From Chromera velia (taxonomy: Eukaryota), in contig JAHBMJ010000091.1 in NCBI GenBank assembly GCA_018398765.1, positions 1-57,065 on the forward strand: a DNA stretch of 57,065 nucleotides, read 5' to 3'. Below are positions 23,620 through 34,560 of the stretch, in pieces. A model generated the notes under the pieces. It was not told the DNA's origin and ran no database searches. It saw only the letters and a list, made by a program, of their open reading frames with translations. The position numbers and the translations under genes are program-made. The first letter of the stretch is position 1; each line of letters begins with the position of its first letter.

Positions 23620-24939
23620 ATGACGATCGCATCAAATGAGGGCAGCGTTCTTTCCAAGTATGGAAGCTTCATTGCACTCTTGATTGCGTATATGGTGATT
23701 TCACTCACCATTGTTTTCTTCAATTACCACCTTTTCACAAGCACGTTCAAGAAGCCAGTCTTCGTCTCATGGGTCCAGCAGATCGTTGGCTTCTCTCTGC
23801 TGGTTGGCTTCGGAGAGGTGGGAAAATTACCAGCCATCGAGTCGCGCGGGTTGAACATCTTCAAACCCGTTAGCGTCTCCTGGCAGTCTCTGAAGCCTGC
23901 CGTTGTTCCTGGGTTCATATTTGTCAGCTTCATCTCTCTGTACAACATCTGTTTGCAAAATGTTCAAGTGGCGGCTTATCAGGTCGCGAGGGGGACGTCG
24001 TTGGTGTTCAACGTGAGCCTCGCCTACTTTTTGCTGGGGGAAGTCACATCTCCTCGCTGTCTCAGCGCAGTGATGGCCGTGATGGTGGGGTCAATGATCG
24101 GATTTCTTGACCGGGCCGTGCTCAGCCTTTTTGCTTTTGTGACGGGCACACTGGGTGCGGCCCTGCAAGCATTGAGCACTGTGTATACGAAAAAGGCCGT
24201 CGTGCACTACGATGGTGACTCGAACAAACTTCTAATGAACACCCAATTTTGGGCGATTTGGTTCTTTATTCCCTGTATTTGGTTGGCAGGCGAGTGGGAC
24301 GCTTTTGGTCTTTTGCCTCTTTCATTGGAGAGAGAGGATTTCTGGCTTGTCTGGGGAAGCTTGGCGTTTTCGGGTGTGTTAGCCGTGGCGCTGAACGCTG
24401 TGTGCTATGTGTTCATCAAAAGAGCGGGTCCCGTAGCGTTCAACATTCTGCAGGTGGTCAAGGCGACTTTGCAGTCAGTTGGGGGGTTGATTATCTTTGG
24501 TGACACAATGACAATGAATTGCATCGTTGCACTTTTTCTTGTAGTGGCGGGTTCCTATGCGTTCGCCTCGTTCAAACACCAAGAGGCAGAGGAGGCGAAA
24601 AGGAGTCAGAAAGACAGCAGCGACCTCCCCGCGGTGACGGGGGGGGAGATGGGCGGGCCCAAGTCCCGAACAGTGACAGAGGATGACGAGGATGCGAAAT
24701 TCACAGAGTTACAGAAACTCTACGAGGAAGGGGACGGAGAGGGAGACGAGAAAAAGAGCCGAGAGACGGAACAGGCAAACATTCTCGGACCCTCGCCTAG
24801 GTTGGCGACCGTAAAAAAGACGAGTGGGGAAATGTCGTCGGGGCCCTTTGGGGAGGGATCATCTGCTTCTTCTACCAAAAATGCAGTCGTCATAGGCAAA
24901 GGTTCGGGGTCGGATCTTCATTCAACCACGGATGAATGA
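23620..24939 (+). CDS. SLC35C1: Nucleotide-sugar transporter, GDP-fucose transporter (SLC35C1)-like, TPT/DMT superfamily, intronless
   Basis: About 10 TM helices. Motifs YMVISLTIVFFNYHL, PVFVSWVQ, NICLQNVQVAAYQVARGTSLVFNVSLAYFLLGE and GPVAFNILQVVKATLQ. First in-frame ATG is at 23620 (the ORF track start at 23482 is TTG). Confidence 0.78.
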   Translation: MTIASNEGSVLSKYGSFIALLIAYMVISLTIVFFNYHLFTSTFKKPVFVSWVQQIVGFSLLVGFGEVGKLPAIESRGLNIFKPVSVSWQSLKPAVVPGFIFVSFISLYNICLQNVQVAAYQVARGTSLVFNVSLAYFLLGEVTSPRCLSAVMAVMVGSMIGFLDRAVLSLFAFVTGTLGAALQALSTVYTKKAVVHYDGDSNKLLMNTQFWAIWFFIPCIWLAGEWDAFGLLPLSLEREDFWLVWGSLAFSGVLAVALNAVCYVFIKRAGPVAFNILQVVKATLQSVGGLIIFGDTMTMNCIVALFLVVAGSYAFASFKHQEAEEAKRSQKDSSDLPAVTGGEMGGPKSRTVTEDDEDAKFTELQKLYEEGDGEGDEKKSRETEQANILGPSPRLATVKKTSGEMSSGPFGEGSSASSTKNAVVIGKGSGSDLHSTTDE

Positions 24940-25063
24940 TTGTTCTTAAAAAGAGAGGGGGGACGGTTGCTAATCGTTACGCTTGATAGTAAAAATGGTC
25001 AGCTACTTTCACTATTTTAACTAAATCATATATAAATCCACACAGTAGGCCGGATAACTTTGA

Positions 25064-25164
25064 GGGGGGAATGCATTTTGAGATCTGTTCCTAGCACGTC
25101 CGCCTTACTTTGGTCCTTCCATTCCTTGACGCAAGTTACGCAACACTGTAACACATCTGGCTAC
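25064..25164. repeat. Dispersed ~100-bp repeat, copy 1 (partner at 51207-51303)
   Basis: Identical core GTTCCTAGCACGTCCGCCT, plus shared GGGGGGAA..TGCATTT, CCTTCCAT, ACGCAA and CTGGCTAC in the same order. Confidence 0.75.
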
Positions 25165-25775
25165 CAGAATATTTTTAAAGCTCGTCTTAAAAGTTTATAG
25201 ATTTGATAGAGTATAACAATATAAACGTGTATATTGTTTGCATGTTTGATTCTTTATAATTCTTTGCATGTTTTATATATATAAAGGTTTTGATTTTATT
25301 GAGTAAAATCCTATGCTAGGCCTTATAGGTGATAGTGATCGTGATTTAATTGGTAAGATCTTAAGTACTAAGCACATGCATATATTTTCATTTCATGCAA
25401 GTGTTTAAAAAAATGTATCATTATACTAATGTATGCTAATACCTAGGCTAATACTATGTACATGCATGTAAAGGTGTTCTTGAATTATAACTTTATTCCT
25501 TTGAATTAACTGATGAATTAAGTGATCATTAAATCGATCATGAAGTGATTTGAATGTAGAACGAATGATATTACATTGATGTATATGGATGATCGATCAC
25601 AGAATACCTCTTTTTTAACCAGAGTGACAGCTGAAGATGATTTGATCATGCATGTCTGTGGCTAGTACTAGGCTCATGACTGAAGTTTTTTCTCTAGTTA
25701 ATTTTAGCTAGAATTTTAGCTGGAGTCTAGGCTGGAATTGGGGTAGAACTCAAATTGTCAGAAGCTTTTGCTCAA

Positions 25776-28082
25776 TCACTTTTCTTCCCAGTCATCTGCT
25801 TGGGCGTCCATCGGGGTAATGCGAGCTTTGTACGCCAGCACAGCAGAGCGGTCTAATTCTGCAGAGGACTGCATGAGGGACTTGTGTCCTCTTCTCTTCA
25901 TCAGTCCACTGAGGCTCTTCTGACGGTTGCCTCCTGTCTTCATCGGATCTTTACCGCTAGACTTCTCCCGTCTTCTCTGGGCCTCCAGCTTCTGCTCCGT
26001 CTCCGCGACGTACTTTGCCTCCAAGGCCGCTTTTGTGGGACGGAAGTAGAGCATGCTGCAGAAGAGAGAACGGGTTGCGGGTTGTGCAAGGATGTGCAGG
26101 TGTGGGGGGAATTTGAGCTTCTCCAGATTGGCGGGCAGGGAGGCAGACACTACAAAAAATAAATCACTGCAGACGAACATGGGCAATTCTGTGGGAGAGG
26201 GGAAAACTTCTGGAGCTTTCCGGTGGACATTTGCGTTTGTCAACCATCGCATCGCTGCACGCAGGTGAGAGATTCTTTCTTCTCCGATCGGCCAGGCCTT
26301 CGTCGTTGTCCCTGATGTGTGTCGCCATTGTTTTTCTTCTATCACTGCAGAAAGAAGGAGCAATTTCCTACAACAGTACAAATGGACATGAATAAATCAA
26401 CCTTTTAATTCCACTTGCCCCCCCCCACGCACCTACCCGGCCTGCACGGGGTGTTTCCTCATCCACCGGTTGTATTTGGCGATCGCCTGGTCCCACGTCA
26501 TGCTCGTCTTTCGGTTTTTCTTTCGGTGTTCCTTCATGTCAGTCAGTCTGAAGAATTGGGATGCGTCCGTGGGGGGTTTCTGCTCGAGGTCTGGCGGGAG
26601 CGTCTTTCGCATGTTGCCTGCAGGAAGGGAGGGAGGGAGGGAGATGTGAGATCACACACAGGAAACCGATAGGAATCAGTGCGATCGACAAAAAGCGGTT
26701 TGGTGGATGATGACAGGAATCCCTGGAGATTGTCCGAAAGTCTTAGAGGGAGAAGACGGATGTAAATGACCACCAGCAAAATGAGTGAGCACAATTGAGC
26801 AGTTGGAAAACACATCAGCGAAAGAAAGGAAGTAATTTCAGCGGCCTGATTCGGGCAGCAGGGCTGAAGGGCTGCAGAGACTTCTCTGTGGTTCCTGGTC
26901 TTTCTTTCCCTTTCCGAATCATCCGGCTGACTAAATGACACAGTGGTTGACTGACTGACTGACTGACTGACCGAGCACTCTCTTTTTCTGAATCCCTTTC
27001 GGCACAAGTCTGGTTGGACGGATCCCGATAAACGGAGAGAGGCGGACCTTCACGGACCCTTCTGGCACTGCATGCGCAACCACAAGCACGCGCACATGTT
27101 CATACGAATTCTGAAGAAAAACAAGAGGGCACATAGAAGGAATTGAAGGGTGAGGAAAGCATGACCGCACAATTGCAAAAAGCTTCCTCCTTCCATCCCT
27201 CTCCGTTTGCTTTTTTCATCCATCCCCTTGCCCATTTGTCTATCTGTTTCATCCATCCCTTTGTTGCTTTGTCTGTCGGTCAAGTGGACGCTCTCTCGTC
27301 GGTGCCTGCCCGATACATCAGACCCCTGTGCTCAAAAAGTGCTGTCGAAGATCAAGCGGCTGGTTGAAAAGATCAATTCAAAATGAAATGCATAGAGAGA
27401 AACTAAGCCAAATCTTGTTTCAACGACTCACGCGTGTCTCGCTGTGCTTCGTTCTCTGCACTTGTCCTTTTCCCCACAGGCGTCTTCTTCCATAACTTCC
27501 CGCTGGCAGGATCGTACCAGAGTTTTGCAGCACCACTGCCAACATAGGCCAAGCGACTGCCACTCCGTGCTGCCCTTTCCCTCTCTTCCCTTACCCGTCT
27601 CCATGCGTCTGCCGCTGTCTTTCTCTTCAAAGAATCAATCACGTCTGTGTCTGTCAACTCTCTCTGCTCCTTCAACCGCATACCCCTCTTCATGTCAGAA
27701 CTGTATTCTGCAGGTTCAGGCGCAATTGATTCAATCCACGTGCATGATGTTGAGTGGACATGCAGGGAGGGGGCGGGCATTGCGCGGAAAAGAAAGGAGA
27801 CTGGAAAGGAGGGAGACAGGAACCTTTGTGATATACAAAGTGCTTGCAAGCGAAGGCCTGGAACAAACTTATGAAGAAGGCCCTGACTTAATTCCTTTCG
27901 TTTTCTGAATCAAAGGGGGACAAGGGACCGTTGACACACAGAGGTGATGTAGTTCCTTCTTCACCATCCTGTCTCGCATGCACATGAACTCTTCCTGTTT
28001 GTTTTAGCTCTGTCAGTCAAGCTGTCTTTCAACTCCAGTTCTCTTGTCTGTAGTCTTCTCTGCAAAAACCTTTTTCACGATC

Positions 28083-28114
<32 letters not shown>

Positions 28115-28420
28115 GCGCGCACACAAGTCAGTCGCACATGAACCTACCGGCGGATCCTTCTGTCGGAGGTTCCGAGAGTCCCCTCTGCCTGTTCCTCCTC
28201 GCTGTCTGCCGGAATCCCGCCAGCACCTCAGCATCAGATGCGAGATCGTCGTCGTCCAAGAACACAATGCCCCCACGGGAACCCTCAGCCCCTGGGCCTG
28301 CCACAACTCTCTGACGCTTCGCAAGTGCCCAATCGGACCCTCCTTCTGTTTCTCTCTCCCCTCCATCCGCAACCTGCAACGGTCACGAATGGACAGAGAG
28401 CGGGGCAAGACGGAACCTTT

Positions 28421-28488
<68 letters not shown>

Positions 28489-31400
28489 CAGGAGAGAGAG
28501 GGAGAGGGCAAGGGAGCGAGCCAAAGAAGGAGAGAGAAGGAGAGCATGGGTTGGACCAAGCTCGTCTCAAAAAGAAGAAAATGCAAAAAGCACCAAAAGC
28601 AGGGGGTGGAAGAAGTAAAGAAACGTGCTTTAATCGGTGCATCTCCATTCAGACAGGCGAATACATAATATAATAAGCATACTTGTTCATCTGATGACGA
28701 TGGAAGCTCAGGGAGACGCCCAAATGATGAGGAAGAGGAACCCCCCACCCCCCCAACGTCTGTCTCTGCTTCTCCCCCATCCACCCCTGTGTCCATCTCG
28801 AATTGCACTGCACGAGGACTGCGAAGTCCCTGTCCTTTCTCAAGAGCCAGTGGGTGTCCCCCTGCAGGGATCACTGCTTGAGCCCTCCAGTCATCGAGCG
28901 GCAACACGAAATCAGCCGACGACAAGCCGCCCTTACTACCCGAAGTCCTTCCATCGTCTCTCCTCACTTCATCTGTCAGAGCATGAAGCTGCTCGTCTGC
29001 CCGTCTCCTCTCCTTCTCTCTTTCTGCCTCCTGTCCGCTCAGACTTCCGCCTGTCCCCTCCAACTTCAGGTCTCCTCGTGCGAGGGCCCCTAAAAGCGAA
29101 ATTGCCCTTCCTTCAGGTCCAAAACTAGGCATTTCAGCCGCCCCCCGCTGTGGGCGCATCTGCGCTCCGACCACACTTTCGACCTCACTACTCTGCACAC
29201 GGCGACTTCTCCGGCCCCGGAATGTTCCCTTCTCTGAAACACCAGACCCCTCTGACGTGAGTAGATCTTCCTTCCTTCCTTTCTCTGCCCCCGAAACGTC
29301 AAATTCTACAGTCCCACTGCCACGCCCACTTCTGTGGGCAGAAGAAGGCGGTACTTCGGAGGAACTACTGACCGGGAGTCCCATCATCTCATAGCCGCGA
29401 GAAGAGAGAGCGAACTCTTCTGCTTTCATGCTGCCGTGGAAGTCTGGAAAACCGGGAGACGGAGAAGGAGACGAGAAGGGAATCTCCCATGAGGGGAATA
29501 GAGACGAACCAGGCTGCCTAGAAGAAGATAGAGAGTCAGAAGACGGCTGTAGGGTGTTACTGTCAATCCTTTGTTCTCTTTGACTTCCGACAGAGGGATC
29601 CTCTGTGGGCAGCTCTTCATTCATCTGTTGTGTGCTCGATTGACGCCCTCTGCATCTGCGAAGGAAGTCAAACCTGTTCCGTCGAGAACGGACGGATATC
29701 TCTAAGGGAATGCCTTCTTCCTTTGCCTCCTTGTATTCACTTCCTGCCTCCTGCATATACTCCTGTTTCATTTGATGCTCCTCCCCATCTGAAACCTCTA
29801 ACTCTCTGTCGGCAAAAGTCTTCACATCAAAATCAGACAAGCTTCCTCCACTCCCATCATCCGACAGATCCTTCCTTCCTCCCTCAAACTCGCACTCACT
29901 GTACCACATTGACTCCGCCTGAGCCTGCGACACTTCACTCTCCCCCAACGATCCCCTCACACGACCCTCATCTCCCCCCCCCTCCCCCCTCGCAGCCAAT
30001 GAAGCCTCTGTCCATCCAAGAAGATCCCTCACCAACGCATCTGCCCGATTCCAGTCCCGCCCCCCGACGGGCTGACTCGCCGGCACGAGACGGACATGGA
30101 TCCGTGCAGCTTTCTGAAGGGCCAGGCGCTCCTCTTCCTCCAAATCGAGGACTTCGAAAGAAGGGATACCGTCATCCACTTCAGCCTCAGTCTCTAGACC
30201 CGGACCCCCCGTCATACGCAATCCCTTCCATGCAGCCATCGCACTTTCATCCGTCTCCACACCGCCTTCTCCGTCCCTCACGCCCTCGCCCCCTTCTCCA
30301 GCATAGCGAGGGTCGCGTGTCAACCCCCACCTGTATTCTCTCAGAAGAGGAACGAAGAGAGGCAGGTGTGTACCCAAACAAACGAAAAGGGGCAAAACAT
30401 GAAAGTTGAGAGGGAACAACGACGGAGTTCGCAGCTTTCTGACGCAAGCACCTCTGAGCGACTCAGCCCTTATGATCGGAAGATGGGTGAAATATCAATC
30501 CATGAACGAGTCGATTCATTAAGGAAAATAGATAGATTCCTGCACAATCCATGAAATTGCCCCGATTTCCCATGCATGAAACAAGCGTGTGCTTTCTTTG
30601 TCAAACCGTCTACACCCACCACCCTATAGACACAATATGCGTCGACGCAAATTCTTCTTTCTTTTGTCAGAAACCTTTTGCACGCATACCTTCGTAGTGA
30701 CGCCTGCACAGCATCACTTGCCAAGTATTTGTCGGCCTCATGCGCCTCGGTTCCTGGTGTCCCTGTACCCAGTGGCGTGTTCCGTTCTTGTTCTCGTTGG
30801 CGCTCCTCTCTGCATTGAGGCATACAAACGTCTTTCTGTGTTAGTCAACCAAGGACAGACGTGTACAAACAAAGCCCGCACATGCACCATGAGGAAAAAG
30901 GCCTTTTCTGTGGATGCCCCGTTGACTGTTGTCATTACTTTCCGCATTCATAGAGCTCTCCTTTCTTTCTTCTACGACCTCTTGCAGAGACTGGGAGGTC
31001 TGGAGGGAGTAGAAGTCTCTGCATATGGATTCTCTCACGCACACGTGCAGGGCCTCTCTACAGGCCTCACACGGACGGCAATGACAATTGAAGGGACCCA
31101 ATCGGCCTCTTTTTTGTGGATGAGAGCTTCTTTCACCGCTTACGCACTGATTCATTCAATCAATTATGAACTCACAGTTTTGCCTTCCGTTTTTCAATCT
31201 TCTTCAGACGTTTGCGTTCTAGCAGGTCGACCATCTGCAAACATGACAACGCAAGACAGAACGGATTGAAGTGGCCCCCACCGCCGTCCAGGCAAAGAAA
31301 GAGAAGGGGCGGGAGAGAAACGAGGAAACGGGAGAACGAGGAGGAACAGCGAAAGACCAGGAGGTGATGATGCGGCCAGAGAGGAAGAGCGATTGTGCAC

Positions 31401-31539
31401 ATGCGCGAATGTATCATGAAGAAGGAGCAAAAAAGCACAAGAACAGGGGAGGGCAGGTCTAGAGAACAATACCGGATAGAGCAAGAGGGGGTGCATGGCT
31501 AGGCACGCCGTCTCGCCCCCGTCTTCTTTCTGTCTCTCT

Positions 31540-31604
<65 letters not shown>

Positions 31605-33831
31605 CCCCTCCCACCTGAGGTCCCGCGAGTCCCTTTGCAGTCACCCGGCTGAGTCTGTAGCCGTCAATCAAATGTCTGAGGTCCTCGAGACCCTGCCGCT
31701 TCTTCGCACTGAGAGGAACGATCGACCCCACCTGGCCCCGAAATCGGTTCAGCTCGTCACGGACCTGCATGCATGCGTTTGCATGCGCAGGTGCACACAC
31801 AACGAGAGCGTTTTGGTGAACTGGAAGGGAAAGGAGGAGGGCAGGGTGGAACAATGCTGTGAACGATTCAATCACTGACTGCATGGCTTTCTTGGTTGAT
31901 CGACCCTCTGACTGTCTGGTAGGCTGGCTGACTGACTGACGAGGCATATTCTTTTTGCCAGCGTCTTCGGGTGCACTGTGTCGGTCTTGGTCATGACCAC
32001 CCTCCACTTGACTCCATGTCTCTCGAGAAACGAGAGCATTTCGCGGTCACTGTTTAGCAACCCCTGTCTGCAGACAGCATAAAAGGACAGTGTCAGGAGA
32101 AGACTTGAGAAAATGTCGCACACACTCAGAGAGGAAATTTCCAATTCAAAAGTGACAAACCGGACCAAATTACGGTCGAGTACACTTACAGTCATTGACA
32201 GTAGAATGCTAACCACCAGACCCGTTCCGTCTTCCATGAGGCAGACAGAAACCAGGGCGTTCTCCCTGAAAAAAAAGAGAAGGAATGCAGGAAAGAGATG
32301 AAAGCAGCACCTTGTTGCTCCCTGCCTCCTCTCTTCCCACTGTTTCTCTCTTCCCTCTCCCCACTGGCCTGGAGTCAATGAGCACAAACACGCACGTCTC
32401 TCTTCCCTCTCCCCACTGGCCTGGAGTCAATGAGCACAAACACGCAAGAGAGGTTTCTCCGGCTCTTCAGATAGAAAAGGGACAGCTCAGTCCACTGGAG
32501 CACCTGCTCTTCGGGTGCGAACGCAAAACCGTACCCAGGCATGTCGACCATCGTCTGCACGAACCGACGGGCAACAGATGGGTCGTCGGCAGGGACACAC
32601 AATACATCCAAACATGCAAAAACCAAAGAACATCTCTCACTTTGGGTTCCCGTTTCTCTCTGGTTGAGAAGAACCGCACGACAGGTATGTACAATCAGTG
32701 TGGGCACGCGAAAGCGGCGAGAAAAGCACGACATTAGACCACCCACGTTCAATCCGTTAGTCAGCAAGTCTGGGCAACTGAGACACCTTTCAAAGACAAT
32801 CATCTGGAATGAGCGAATGCAAAGTGAAGAAGGAGAAGGGGCAGAAGAAGTGAAGAGAAGAAAGCAGAAACGTCAGGAAGAAGACAATTGGCGCTCCACC
32901 ATGCAGCCTCCCTATCCACCAATAACTGACAAGGCAAGGGGGGTTCCCGATGTTCCAAAAGTTCAGTTCCTGAGTCGACCCGGGGGCCCACATCACTTTG
33001 CTCTTCTGATGCCTTCCCACCAATTCGTTCACAAGAGAAGACTTGCCACAATTGGAACGACCCACGAAAGCAACCTGCCGCCAAGGCAACAGAATACTTC
33101 GGAAGTTCACATCAATTCGAAACCGAAACGGTGAAACATAATGAGAAAGAGACGTGTGCAGAGAGATGGGTTTGAACACCGAAGGTGGAGTACGGGTGAA
33201 CATGAATGAAAAATGAAGCGAACAGAAGGACGTGCTGCCCTTCCAGCCCAACACACACACGCAGACCATGCACAGAGTCCTGCCGCGATGGCCACTCACA
33301 AAAGAAAGAGATGTAAAAAAAGCGGGTCAAAAAACAGAGTGACACAGGGTGGCACAAATTCCACTTTAACTCTGGCAGACAAACGATGGAACCAACAGAA
33401 TCTTCTGCACCTGATACAAGAGAGCGCAGGGAATGTCTCACCTCAGGAAGTCGAGGAAGCGGTAGTTCTTCTGCTTTCTTCGCAGCCACACTCAGCTTCA
33501 TCCACGGCTTCATTTGGCCGAGGAACATCGGAGCGAAGTCCTTGTACTTGATTTTGTACCATTGATAGCGGTTCTGCCATTTCGATGCTGGCCGACCTAT
33601 CATGCGGGTTGCCAAGTACCTGTGCACAGATGGGTCTATCTTCGCAGTCCGGAGTCTTTTCTTGTCGCTCATGTACTCTGACCGCGGCAGAGACCGGGAG
33701 GGGGCAGGCGCTGAGCGCATCCCCATGGACGCACTGCCTGATTGCGACCGGACAGCAGCAGCCACACTTGCCGAGCTTCCAAAAGCCCGACACGTTGTCG
33801 CGACGGCTTTCCGAGGGCGTACGAGATGCAT
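25776..33831 (-). CDS. engB: EngB/YihA/YsxC ribosome-biogenesis GTPase, probably mitochondrial, with a long multi-exon C-terminal extension
   Basis: Spliced G-domain: ELPLPRLPE|VAFVGRSNCGKSSLVN (G1), PGSTQELNFW (G2), MVDMPGYGFA (G3), VFVLIDSR, VVMTKTD (G4), PLSAKKRQGLEDLR (G5), spanning ~33831-31617. Further minus-strand exons (~30330-28680, ~28375-28145, ~27710-27410, ~27110-26970, ~26620-26440, ~26060-25776) are in the same orientation. That they belong to the same gene is inferred. Confidence 0.8.
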
Positions 33832-34560
33832 GCCGTCTCCGTCTCTGTCCCCGTCTCCCTCCGGTGTCAAGAGTGAAAAAGCATCTGGGAAGGTCCATGC
33901 ATAATGCTTCAAAGGCAGAGGTCAAAACGGCAGGTGTGGCTTCGAGAGGCCGCAAATTTAACTGCAGCTATCATGCCGCGCATATACACGAATTCTTCAC
34001 TTCGACGAGGAACCTTTGAAGTTCAGTCTGTTAAGCGACGCATTCGCAGCATTCAGTCTGACTCTGCATGAGTCTTCCTTGAGGTCATACATACAGAAGT
34101 CGACAGACAAGGACATGCCAGGACAAATTGGATCCTTGCGACTGCTGCGGTGGCTTGGCTAGGCTACGGCTCTGCTGAAGGAATCATCCCAACGATCATG
34201 CAGTCTTCTCCAATTGAAGTCTCATCGATCGTTGCTCATCCTAGCTATGAATATATCGATATATTAAATAGTGCGCGCGGCCCAGGGTCCGGCCGGAAAG
34301 TAGGCATGCATGCAGAAGCTGAGCCCGCTTGCAACAACATCTTGTAACTGACTTGAATTTCGAAGCTGCCAGAGACAAAGGGAGAAGGATAACCTTCCAG
34401 AAATCTTGGTACAGATAGAGCAAGCCTACCTTCCGATAGAGCCTGTGAAAAGTCTGAAGCGAGTGTGTGACTAAGTGTTGCGCTTCATCGAACTTGCGCG
34501 TCTCCAGTACAACACCTTCTGAGAAAGCCGAGAGCTGTGCTTGAGTGCGTTGCTTCTCCG

